Shown here: in pieces, positions 1 through 7,925 of the stretch
Layout: each line of letters opens with the position of its first letter
How positions within the stretch are numbered: position 1 is the stretch's first letter
DNA from: a virus
Taxonomy: Duplodnaviria; Heunggongvirae; Uroviricota; Caudoviricetes
Virus record (IMG/VR): IMGVR_UViG_2582581022_000016
DNA: 27,569 nucleotides
Strand: one strand, 5' to 3'
Made by a program: the position numbers and the translations under genes
Notes under the pieces: model-generated
Told to the model about the DNA's origin: nothing
Database searches by the model: none
Seen by the model: only the letters and a program-made list of their open reading frames with translations

Positions 1-87
1 TGGGTAGTCATGTGGGATGGCTGGTTCAGACTTCAGGATATGGTTGAGGGTTACCTGGTGATGAAGTCTCTTGATCAGGAGATCTGA
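1..87 (+). CDS. 3' end of an upstream ORF entering the window (C-terminal 28 codons, stop TGA 85..87); product unknown
   Basis: Frame 1 is open from base 1 to TGA at 85..87; the next gene starts 16 bp downstream on the same strand. No family recognised. Confidence 0.3.
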   Translation, partial: WVVMWDGWFRLQDMVEGYLVMKSLDQEI

Positions 88-95
88 TCAAGAGA
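67..95. repeat. Near-perfect 29-bp palindrome (11-bp arms TCTCTTGATCA / TGATCAAGAGA, spacer GGAGATC) carrying three GATC sites
   Basis: Read directly; the arms are exact reverse complements. GATC at 73..76, 81..84 and 86..89. Overlaps the stop codon of the partial ORF. Confidence 0.6.
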
Positions 96-102
96 CAGGT
101 TT

Positions 103-1008
103 ATGCAGGGGCGTGTCCTGCTGGAGCCTGAGCCGGAACGTTATTCATCTTTCGCCAGTGGTGCCGTTCCGGCGGCATCACAACCGCTGGCGGATGATCC
201 TGCCGTTCGGGCCGTGTTCCGCAATGAGGCAGTTATTCGTCGTGCGGGTGGCGTGGAATGTCTTGAAAGCTGGTTACTTCGTGAAAAGGGCTGTCAGTGG
301 CCTCATTCCGACTGGCACAGCGAGAACATGACCACAATGCGACACGCTCCGGGCGCAATCCGTCTGTGCTGGCACTGCGATAACCAGCTGCGCGATCAGT
401 TCACGGAACGGCTGGAATCAATGGCAACGGATAACTGTGCCCGCTGGGTGTTGTCTGTTGTGCGTCGGGATCTCGGTTTTGATGACAGTCACGTTGTGAC
501 AATGCCGGAACTGTGCTGGTGGCTGATTCGTAATGACCTGGCGGATGCCTTACCGGAAAGTGCAGCCCGTAAGGCACTGAGATTACCAAAGCCTGTTGTG
601 CCGTCTGTCACCCGGGAAAGTGACCTTGTGCCTTCGGTTCCTGCCACCAGCATCATCCAGGATAAAGCGAAAAAGGTGCTGGCGCTGAAAGTGGATCCGG
701 AGTCGCCGGAGTCTTTTATGTTACGCCCAAAACGTCGCCGCTGGGTTAATGAAAAGTACACGCGCTGGGTTAAGACACAGCCGTGTGCATGTTGTGGAAA
801 GCCCGCTGATGATCCCCACCACCTGATAGGTCACGGTCAGGGTGGAATGGGAACAAAAGCGCATGACCTTTTTGTGTTGCCTTTGTGCAGAAAGCATCAC
901 GACGAGCTGCATGCGGATACCGTGGCATTTGAAGAGAAGTATGGCTCCCAGCTGGAGCTGATATTTCGTTTTATCGATCGTGCGCTGGCAATTGGCGTAT
1001 TGGCGTAA
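103..1008 (+). CDS. Phage DUF968-like protein with a C-terminal Cys/His-rich motif (CACCGKPADDPHHLIGHGQGG...PLCRKHHDELH)
   Basis: 301-aa ORF. The C-terminal motif resembles the conserved region of prophage DUF968 proteins as I recall them. Sits directly upstream of a Q-like gene, as ydfU does next to quuQ in the E. coli Qin prophage. Family assignment is from memory, not a search. Confidence 0.5.
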   Translation: MQGRVLLEPEPERYSSFASGAVPAASQPLADDPAVRAVFRNEAVIRRAGGVECLESWLLREKGCQWPHSDWHSENMTTMRHAPGAIRLCWHCDNQLRDQFTERLESMATDNCARWVLSVVRRDLGFDDSHVVTMPELCWWLIRNDLADALPESAARKALRLPKPVVPSVTRESDLVPSVPATSIIQDKAKKVLALKVDPESPESFMLRPKRRRWVNEKYTRWVKTQPCACCGKPADDPHHLIGHGQGGMGTKAHDLFVLPLCRKHHDELHADTVAFEEKYGSQLELIFRFIDRALAIGVLA

Positions 1009-1021
1009 GTGGAGAACGAGC

Positions 1022-1774
1022 ATGAACCTTGAAGCCTTACCAAAATATTACTCCCCAAAATCTCCAAAATTGAGCGATGACGCACCGGCGACAGGCTCAG
1101 GTGGTTTAACGATTACGGATGTGATGGCTGCGCAGGGGATGGTGCAGTCGAAAGCACCGCTTGGGTTTGCCTTATTCCTGGCAAAAGTTGGTGTTCAGGA
1201 TCCTCAGTTTGCGATTGAAGGTCTGCTCAATTACGCGATGGCACTGGATAACCCGACATTGAACAAATTGAGTGAAGAAACCCGGTTACAGATCATCCCT
1301 TACCTTGTGAATTTTGCCTTTGCTGATTATTCCAGGTCTGCGGCAAGTAAGGCTCGCTGTGAGCATTGTGCTGGTACTGGATTTCATAATGTATTGCGCG
1401 AAGTAGTGAAACACTCCAGAAGCGGTGAATCTGTTATCAAGGAGGAGTGGGTGAAGGAACTATGTCAGCATTGTCATGGTAAGGGAGAAGTCAGCACAGC
1501 GTGCAGAGGGTGTAAGGGGAAAGGTATTGTCCTGGATGAAAAAAGGACCCGGCTTCATGGCACGCCTGTTTATAAGATTTGTGGGCGTTGCAATGGAAAC
1601 CGGTTTAGCCGTTTACCAACCACACTGGCGCGGCATCATGTCCAGAAGCTGGTACCGGATCTGACGGATTATCAGTGGTACAAAGGATATGCAGATGTCA
1701 TTGATAAACTGGTTACAAAGTGCTGGCAGGAAGAAGAATATGCAGAGACACAATTGAGAAAAGTGACAAGATAA
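1022..1774 (+). CDS. Putative late-gene antiterminator (Q-like) with four DnaJ-type CxxCxGxG zinc-finger repeats
   Basis: ORF track starts at GTG 980; ATG 1022 with GGAG at 1011..1014 is the more likely start, giving 250 aa. Repeats CEHCAGTG, CQHCHGKG, CRGCKGKG, CGRCNGNR. Position immediately before a promoter/terminator pair and the lysis cassette fits a Q-type regulator. Confidence 0.5.
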   Translation: MNLEALPKYYSPKSPKLSDDAPATGSGGLTITDVMAAQGMVQSKAPLGFALFLAKVGVQDPQFAIEGLLNYAMALDNPTLNKLSEETRLQIIPYLVNFAFADYSRSAASKARCEHCAGTGFHNVLREVVKHSRSGESVIKEEWVKELCQHCHGKGEVSTACRGCKGKGIVLDEKRTRLHGTPVYKICGRCNGNRFSRLPTTLARHHVQKLVPDLTDYQWYKGYADVIDKLVTKCWQEEEYAETQLRKVTR

Positions 1775-1805
1775 ATGATTTTCGCCGAAGATGGCGACAT
1801 GATGC

Positions 1806-1834
1806 TTGCATTTTTCAAAAAATCTGGTTAGGAT
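1806..1834 (+). promoter_or_regulatory. Candidate late promoter (PR'-like): -35 TTGCAT (1806..1811), 17-bp spacer, -10 TAGGAT (1829..1834)
   Basis: Hexamers and spacing read from sequence. Lies between the Q-like gene and a downstream intrinsic terminator, the arrangement seen for lambda PR'/qut/tR'. Confidence 0.35.
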
Positions 1835-1884
1835 TCTCCTAACGATGGGCTTTGTATGTCTGCCGTTAACGAAATCATAACAAA

Positions 1885-1910
1885 CCTCGCTTCGGCGGGG
1901 TTTTTGCTTT
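1885..1910 (+). terminator. Intrinsic terminator (stem CCTCGC / GCGGGG with one G-U pair, TTCG loop, then TTTTTGCTTTT); tR'-like
   Basis: Hairpin plus T-tract read directly. About 50-70 nt downstream of the candidate promoter, so it would define a short leader RNA unless antiterminated. Confidence 0.5.
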
Positions 1911-1924
1911 TCTGGAGGTCAATA

Positions 1925-2182
1925 ATGCAGGGCGAAAAGCAGCAGCCATATTTTTTTAACCCTGGTATGACTGTTGAACAGCTTGAAGACTGGCTGGAGC
2001 AGCAAAAGCTTCATCTAAGCCGCTATAACCGTCTGGTAAAAGAAAAAGCAGAGCTTGAAGAACGGCTCAGTGATATTTCTGTGGAAATTGAACGAATGTC
2101 TGCTGGTAGTTTTAACGGAAAGTTGAGTTTCCCCTGGGAGTCAAGTTCGCTTCTGAGAAATCATCAACAGGGTAGTATTTGA
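1925..2182 (+). CDS. Hypothetical small protein (85 aa) with predicted coiled-coil character
   Basis: ORF track gives 1856..2182, but that start overlaps the terminator. ATG 1925 follows GGAGG (1914..1918) with 6-nt spacing. No family recognised. Confidence 0.4.
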   Translation: MQGEKQQPYFFNPGMTVEQLEDWLEQQKLHLSRYNRLVKEKAELEERLSDISVEIERMSAGSFNGKLSFPWESSSLLRNHQQGSI

Positions 2183-2261
2183 CTGAAATAATAAACAGAC
2201 TGTCATTAAGATCCCTTCCCCTCATATCTGAGAGGACCAACAGCAATTAAGAGGGGGCTAA

Positions 2262-2648
2262 ATGTCCGATCCGATTTCCGGTACTGGGCTGGCTGGTGGT
2301 GCCCTGACGGGTGCCAGTGTTTATGGACTGCTGACCGGAACTGATTACGGCGTTGTATTTGGCGCATTTGCAGGGGCTGTATTCTACATAGCAACAGCAG
2401 CAGATCTGAGTGCATCGCGCCGACTGGCATATTTTATCGTGTCATATATTGCCGGGATTCTTTGCTCTGGGTTGGTTGGCTCCAAGCTGGCGAACTTGAC
2501 CGGATACAGTGATAAACCTCTGGATGCTATTGGTGCCGTAATCGTCTCTGCTTTAGCCGTTAAAATCCTGACGTTCCTGAATCATCAGGATATCGGCTCG
2601 CTGGTGGCGCTCATAACGCGCCGGGGAGGTTCAGGTGGAGCTAAATGA
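2262..2648 (+). CDS. Putative holin / lysis membrane protein (128 aa, 3-4 predicted TM helices, Gly/Ala-rich)
   Basis: Hydrophobic segments GLAGGALTGASVYGLL, VVFGAFAGAVFYIATA, LAYFIVSYIAGILCSGLVG, AIGAVIVSALAVKIL. First gene of a cassette ending in endolysin and spanins. Confidence 0.55.
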   Translation: MSDPISGTGLAGGALTGASVYGLLTGTDYGVVFGAFAGAVFYIATAADLSASRRLAYFIVSYIAGILCSGLVGSKLANLTGYSDKPLDAIGAVIVSALAVKILTFLNHQDIGSLVALITRRGGSGGAK

Positions 2649-2916
2649 CCCGACAGCAACTATAAATGCGCTGTTATGTGCTTGTGTTGTTATTACTCTG
2701 ATGTTTTATCGTCGTGGTGATTCGCGGCATCGTCCTTGGGTTTCACGTTTAGCCTGGCTGATTACTGTTACATACAGTGCTGTTCCGTTGGCCTATCTCT
2801 GTGGGATTTATCCTCATTCCTCATGGCCCATTATCGTGGCGAACACTATTTTTCTTTCCGTGCTGGTGGCCGTCAGAGGCAACGTTGCACGTCTGGTTGA
2901 TCATCTGAGGCACTAA
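2635..2916 (+). CDS. Second holin-like small membrane protein (93 aa, about 3 TM helices); holin or antiholin partner
   Basis: GTG start 2635 preceded by GGGGAGG (2624..2630). Overlaps the stop of the upstream gene and the endolysin ATG (2916). Hydrophobic segments ALLCACVVITLMFY, LAWLITVTYSAVPLAYLCGIY, IIVANTIFLSVLVAV. Confidence 0.5.
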   Translation: MELNDPTATINALLCACVVITLMFYRRGDSRHRPWVSRLAWLITVTYSAVPLAYLCGIYPHSSWPIIVANTIFLSVLVAVRGNVARLVDHLRH

Positions 2917-3530
2917 TGAACCAACAATTATTTCAAAAGGCGGCTGGTATTAGCGCCGGGCTGGCTGCGCGCTGGTTTCCGCACATTGATGCGGCGATGA
3001 AGGAATTCGGCATTACAGCACCAGCGGATCAGGCAATGTTTATCGCTCAGGTAGGCCATGAGTCGATGGGGTTTAGCGCCGTAGTTGAAAATTTTAACTA
3101 CACACCATCTGCGCTGGTGGCGACGTTCGGAAAGAGGATCACACAGCAGCAGGCTGATGCCCTTGGCAGAACATCCGGACATGCAGCTCGTCAGGATGCT
3201 ATTGCCAATCTGGTGTATAGCAACCGGCTGGGTAACAAAGCACCCGGTGATGGCTGGAAATATCGCGGTAGAGGATTAATTCAAATCACTGGCCTCCATA
3301 ATTATCGCATCTGTGGCGCGGCGTTGAAGTTAGATCTGGTGACCTCACCTGAACAACTGGAGCAGGAGCTACAGGCCGCGCGCTCAGCTGCATGGTTCTA
3401 CGCATCTAAAGGCTGCATGGTCTACGGTGCCGATATTAATCGTGTTACGCGCATCATTAACGGCGGTCTGAACGGTATTGAGGATCGTAAGATTCGATAC
3501 AACAAGGCGCGGGCGGCGCTGCTGGTATGA
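2916..3530 (+). CDS. Endolysin, glycoside hydrolase family 19 (chitinase-like) type
   Basis: 204 aa. Motifs FIAQVGHESMGF, YRGRGLIQITG, INGGLNGIEDR match the GH19 catalytic region as I recall it. Lies between holins and spanins. Confidence 0.8.
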   Translation: MNQQLFQKAAGISAGLAARWFPHIDAAMKEFGITAPADQAMFIAQVGHESMGFSAVVENFNYTPSALVATFGKRITQQQADALGRTSGHAARQDAIANLVYSNRLGNKAPGDGWKYRGRGLIQITGLHNYRICGAALKLDLVTSPEQLEQELQAARSAAWFYASKGCMVYGADINRVTRIINGGLNGIEDRKIRYNKARAALLV

Positions 3531-3988
3531 AGATGAGTTATTGGGCGCTCATTTTAACGTTTATTGCTTGTATTGCTGGTGGTCTTGTCTGGTCAGCTAA
3601 TCATTACCACAATAAAGCCATTGAATACAAAAAACAGCGCGACGAAAACGCTATGGCATTAGATTCGGCTATGGCGACGATCTCTGATATGCAGAAGCGT
3701 CAACGTGACGTAGCAGAACTCGATGCCAGATATACAAAGGAGCTTGCTGATGCTAACGCGACTATCGAAAGTCTCCGTGCTGATGTTTCTGCTGGTCGTA
3801 AGCGCCTGCAAGTCGCCGCCACCTGTGCAAAGTCAACGACCGGAGCCAGCGGCATGGGCGATGGAGAAAGCCCAGGACTTACAGCAGATGCTGAACTCAA
3901 TTATTACCGTCTCCGAAGTGGAATCGACAGGATAACCGCGCAGGTTAACTACCTGCAGGAGTACATCAGGACTCAGTGCTTAAAATAA
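3527..3988 (+). CDS. Rz-like i-spanin (N-terminal TM helix plus coiled-coil periplasmic domain)
   Basis: 153 aa. N-terminal TM ALILTFIACIAGGLVW, then charged helical sequence. Start overlaps the endolysin stop (ATGA). Contains an embedded +1 frame lipoprotein ORF. Confidence 0.75.
   Translation: MKMSYWALILTFIACIAGGLVWSANHYHNKAIEYKKQRDENAMALDSAMATISDMQKRQRDVAELDARYTKELADANATIESLRADVSAGRKRLQVAATCAKSTTGASGMGDGESPGLTADAELNYYRLRSGIDRITAQVNYLQEYIRTQCLK
3750..3935 (+). CDS. Rz1-like o-spanin (proline-rich outer-membrane lipoprotein) embedded in the +1 frame of Rz
   Basis: ORF track gives 3723..3935; ATG 3750 follows AAGGAG (3739..3744). Signal peptide MLTRLSKVSVLMFLLVVSA, lipobox VSA-C, then KSPPPVQSQRPEP. 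Fully nested in the Rz gene as in lambda Rz/Rz1. Confidence 0.7.
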   Translation: MLTRLSKVSVLMFLLVVSACKSPPPVQSQRPEPAAWAMEKAQDLQQMLNSIITVSEVESTG

Positions 3989-4030
3989 TTTTAACTTCAC
4001 TGAAATTTAACAAGTGACTTTCAGGAAAAT

Positions 4031-4054
4031 GCCTCGCAGAAGCGGGGCTTTTTT
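4031..4054 (+). terminator. Intrinsic terminator after the lysis cassette (GCCTCGC-AGAA-GCGGGGC then TTTTTT)
   Basis: 7-bp stem with one G-U pair, tetraloop, 6-T tract; read directly. Confidence 0.55.
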
Positions 4055-4201
4055 ATGTCCTCAGTAAATGCGCTTCACACGCGCGACTTATGAACACAGA
4101 GCCTTTCAGGATGACCCTTGAGGATGCCGGTTTGGTTATCGGTGCCTTTCTGTGGGCCGGAATCCTGTGTGACAAGGTTCATCACTAAAAGGTAATTACC
4201 G

Positions 4202-4744
4202 ATGAATTATCCAACTATCGTTGACGGCATTGATTTCAAAGAACTGGTTTTTATTACCAACAATGACCCTGTCACCGATTCATTTATGGTGGCGAAAGCA
4301 TTTCGTAAGCGACATGACAACGTTGTGCGTGATGTAGAAAGAACTATCGCTGCTTGTCCTGAAGAGTTTGATACAAAACTCAATTTTGAGGTTTGCTATA
4401 AAAACAATGAGTTACAGAATGGTAAGCCACAAAAATTCTATCGGCTACGTAAGGATGGGTTGATGCTTTTGGTTATGTCCTACACCAAAAAAGAAGCAAT
4501 GCGTATCAAAATTGCTTACATCAACGCATTCAACTGGATGTACGCCATGCTTCAGGTTGGTAATCGTCAATTTGAAGAAGAGCGAAATGCCGTAATGCTG
4601 GAGTACATGAAAGAGAAGGATGTTGCCAGCATGTCAGGTCGCCTGCTAAATCGCTGGGGAAAAATTAAGAAGCCACAGCTGCTGGCTAGAATTGAACGCC
4701 TTGAACAGCACGGGCAAACCGTAATCCCCGGACTCACCAATTAA
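4202..4744 (+). CDS. Rha-family phage regulatory protein
   Basis: 180 aa. N-terminal VTDSFMVAKAFRKRHDNVVRDVER matches the conserved Rha N-terminal signature as I recall it. Confidence 0.7.
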   Translation: MNYPTIVDGIDFKELVFITNNDPVTDSFMVAKAFRKRHDNVVRDVERTIAACPEEFDTKLNFEVCYKNNELQNGKPQKFYRLRKDGLMLLVMSYTKKEAMRIKIAYINAFNWMYAMLQVGNRQFEEERNAVMLEYMKEKDVASMSGRLLNRWGKIKKPQLLARIERLEQHGQTVIPGLTN

Positions 4745-4924
4745 CGGCAGCACCGCGAAACAACCCAAGCCAGTAAGTGGGGAAATAACACTGGCAGCCA
4801 CTGAAAGATGAACCTCCAGCCTTATGGCAAAAAAGATTCTTTGTGGTGGCGGACTGATGGAAAGACATCGGTTATTGCAGAGGCCATTCAATGAGTGGTC
4901 TCGACAATGGCTTATACCCTGCAC

Positions 4925-4950
4925 GGGATAACTTAACTGATATCCCTTTT
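4925..4950 (+). terminator. Terminator-like hairpin (GGGATA / TATCCC, 10-nt loop, then TTTT)
   Basis: Read directly. Lies in the 286-bp non-coding gap between the Rha gene and the HNH gene. Confidence 0.35.
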
Positions 4951-5030
4951 AACGGATAAACGGAGCCAATAATGGCAGAGAATGTCGGCATTATGGCAGT
5001 GAAATTTGGATAAATCGGAGATTAGTACAT

Positions 5031-5381
5031 ATGCCGCCACGAATCCCAAAAGCCTGCCGTGTTCGCGGTTGCCGCCATACCACCACAGATCCGTCAGGCT
5101 ATTGTGAAAGCCACAAAAGCGAAGGCTGGAAGCAATACAAGCCAGGCCAGTCCCGGCACCAGCGCGGTTATGGTTCGAAATGGGATGTTATCCGTGAACG
5201 TGTGCTCAAGCGTGACAAAGGCCTGTGTCAGTTATGTCTGCGTGCCGGTGTGGTGCGTGAGGCGAAAACCGTTGACCACATCATCCCTAAAGCGCATGGC
5301 GGCACAGATGCCGACAGCAATCTGCAGAGCCTGTGCTGGCCGTGCCATAAGGCGAAGACGGCCCGTGAACGGCTAAAGTGA
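5031..5381 (+). CDS. HNH endonuclease (packaging-associated, adjacent to terminase)
   Basis: 116 aa. HNH-type His/Asn/His pattern (DHIIPKAHGG...N...LCWPCHKAK) plus N-terminal CxxC...C...H. Immediately upstream of the small terminase, as in HK97-like cos phages. Confidence 0.85.
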   Translation: MPPRIPKACRVRGCRHTTTDPSGYCESHKSEGWKQYKPGQSRHQRGYGSKWDVIRERVLKRDKGLCQLCLRAGVVREAKTVDHIIPKAHGGTDADSNLQSLCWPCHKAKTARERLK

Positions 5382-5407
5382 TAATAATTCTCAACTGTCT
5401 GAGGGGA

Positions 5408-5467
5408 GGGGCGGGTCAAATCCCTGTGACCTGACGTCTTCCGGACTGCCCGCCCCATCGTTTTTTT
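5408..5467. other. GC-rich inverted repeat (GGGGCGGG at 5408..5415, CCCGCCCC at 5449..5456) followed by TTTTTTT; candidate terminator and/or cos-region element
   Basis: 8-bp perfect GC arms with a 33-nt loop, then a T7 tract at 5461..5467. Located between the HNH and small-terminase genes. Confidence 0.35.
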
Positions 5468-5506
5468 ATACCCGCGAAAAATGAAATTTAACCAGGAGTG
5501 CCGCAT

Positions 5507-6001
5507 ATGGCTGGAACGGCGGGGCGTTCCGGGCGTCGCCCCAAGCCAACGGCGCGCAAGGCGCTGGCCGGAAACCCCGGCAAGCGAGCCCTGAACAAAG
5601 ATGAACCTGTTTTTACGCCCATCAAAGGCGTTGAGCCACCGGAGTGGTTCGCAGAAGAAGATCTCCCTCTCGCCACGATCATGTGGCAACTGACAACCAA
5701 AGAACTCTGCGGTCAGGGCCTGCTGTGCGTGACTGACCTCGCGGTGCTTGAGCGGTGGTGCGTGGCCTATGAGTTCTGGCGACGTGCCGTGAAAAATATT
5801 GCCAGACAGGGCAACACCATCACCGGTGCAATGGGCGGCAGGGTCAAAAATCCGGAGCTGACCGCCAAAAAAGAACAGGAGTCCGAGATGAGCAGCACGG
5901 GGGCAATGCTCGGACTCGACCCCGGCAGCCGCCAGCGTCTGATTGGCCTGGCGGGGCAGAAGAAAGCCACTAACCCGTTTCTGAAAATCATCGAGTCATG
6001 A
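5507..6001 (+). CDS. Terminase small subunit (P27-family-like)
   Basis: ORF track starts at GTG 5498; ATG 5507 follows AGGAG (5493..5497). Basic N-terminus ([22 protein letters not shown]), directly upstream of and overlapping the large terminase. Confidence 0.75.
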   Translation: MAGTAGRSGRRPKPTARKALAGNPGKRALNKDEPVFTPIKGVEPPEWFAEEDLPLATIMWQLTTKELCGQGLLCVTDLAVLERWCVAYEFWRRAVKNIARQGNTITGAMGGRVKNPELTAKKEQESEMSSTGAMLGLDPGSRQRLIGLAGQKKATNPFLKIIES

Positions 6002-7731
6002 GCCGGAAATCTTACCCCAACGTAAATGCTGCCAATCAGTATGCCCGTGATGTCGTGCGCGGAAAGATTGTGGCCTGCCAGTTTGTGATTCAGGCCTGCC
6101 AGCGCCATCTTGATGACCTGATGGCGGAAAAAAGTAAGTCGTTTCGTTACCGCTTCGACAAGGACCTGGCTGAACGGGCCGCCAAATTTATTCAGCTGTT
6201 GCCACACACCAAGGGGGAGTGGGCATTCAAACGGATGCCCATCACGCTGGAGCCGTGGCAGCTCTTTGTGATCTGCTGTGCGTTTGGCTGGGTCAATAAA
6301 GGTACCCGGCTGCGCCGCTTCCGGGAGGTGTATACCGAAATCCCCCGTAAGAACGGCAAATCGGCAATTTCTGCCGGTGTCGCCCTGTATTGTTTTGCCT
6401 GTGATAACGAGTTCGGCGCGGAAGTGTATTCCGGTGCCACGACGGAGAAACAGGCATGGGAAGTCTTTCGCCCGGCGCGACTGATGTGTAAACGCACACC
6501 CATGCTGACGGAAGCGTTCGGGATTGAGGTTAACGCCTCAAACATGAACCGTCCGGAGGATGGCGCGCGGTTTGAACCGCTGATCGGTAACCCCGGTGAT
6601 GGATCATCACCCCACTGTGCGGTGGTGGATGAATATCACGAGCACGCCACCGATGCGCTTTACACCACGATGCTTACCGGGATGGGGGCGCGACGTCAGC
6701 CACTGATGTGGGCCATTACTACTGCCGGGTACAACATTGAGGGGCCGTGCTACGACAAGCGGCGGGAAGTTATCGAGATGCTCAACGGGTCGGTACCCAA
6801 CGATGAACTGTTCGGGATCATCTATACCGTTGATGAAGGTGACGACTGGACCGACCCGCAGGTGCTGGAAAAAGCCAATCCAAATATTGGCGTGTCGGTT
6901 TATCGCGAATTTTTGTTAAGTCAGCAGCAGCGTGCGAAAAATAACGCCCGTCTGGCAAACGTCTTTAAAACAAAACACCTCAATATCTGGGTGTCGGCGC
7001 GTTCGGCGTATTTCAACCTGGTGAGCTGGCAGAGCTGCGAGGATAAATCACTGACCCTTGAGCAGTTCGAGGGGCAGCCGTGCATTCTGGCCTTTGACCT
7101 GGCGCGTAAGCTGGATATGAACAGCATGGCGCGACTTTATACCCGCGAGATTGACGGTAAAACGCATTACTACAGTGTGGCCCCGCGTTTCTGGGTACCG
7201 TATGACACGGTGTACAGCGTCGAGAAAAATGAAGAGCGACGGACAGCCGAACGCTTTCAGAAATGGGTGGAAATGGGCGTTCTGACCGTTACCGATGGTG
7301 CGGAGGTGGATTATCGCTACATCCTCGAGGAGGCCAAAGCGGCGAACAAAATCAGCCCGGTCAGTGAGTCACCCATCGACCCCTTCGGGGCGACCGGGTT
7401 GTCACATGACCTTGCTGATGAAGACCTGAACCCCATCACTATCATTCAGAACTACACCAACATGTCCGACCCGATGAAAGAGCTGGAAGCGGCAATTGAA
7501 TCGGGGCGCTTTCATCATGATGGCAATCCCATCATGACCTGGTGTATCGGCAACGTGGTCGGCAAAACCATTCCGGGTAACGATGATGTGGTGAAGCCCG
7601 TCAAAGAGCAGGCGGAAAACAAAATCGATGGTGCAGTTGCGCTGATTATGGCGGTTGGCAGAGCCATGCTGTACGAGAAAGAAGACACGCTGTCTGACCA
7701 CATTGAGTCCTATGGGATCCGCTCGCTTTAA
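5998..7731 (+). CDS. Terminase large subunit
   Basis: 577 aa. Walker-B-like segment ([11 protein letters not shown]) followed by a nuclease-domain-sized C-terminus. Start overlaps the small-terminase stop; portal gene follows. Confidence 0.9.
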
Positions 7732-7742
7732 CTGAGGTAATT

Positions 7743-7925
7743 ATGATCATGCTGATTCTCGCGCCTCTGGTGGGCGTGCTGGGGGCGCTTTTGCTGGCGT
7801 ATGGTGCCTGGCTGATTTATCCCCCGGCGGGGTTTGTTGTTGCCGGGGCGTTGTGCCTGTTCTGGTCGTGGCTGGTGGCGCGATATCTCGACCGTACACA
7901 GTCGTCTGTCGGCGGAGGTAAATAG
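7743..7925 (+). CDS. Small hydrophobic protein (60 aa, 2 predicted TM helices), unknown function
   Basis: Tightly packed between terminase and portal genes; almost entirely hydrophobic. Could be a short real gene or a translated spacer. Confidence 0.35.

Noticed and set aside
5059-5376. 105-aa ORF in an alternative + frame of the HNH gene
   Set aside because: The overlapping frame carries the clear HNH motifs; this alternate frame is unstructured and Ala/Arg-rich.
5228-5689. 153-aa minus-strand ORF spanning the HNH/terminase region
   Set aside because: It lies antisense to two well-supported +strand genes and the intergenic IR, its translation is Arg/Gly/Ser-rich as expected for the reverse frame of GC-rich coding DNA, and it has no recognisable family.
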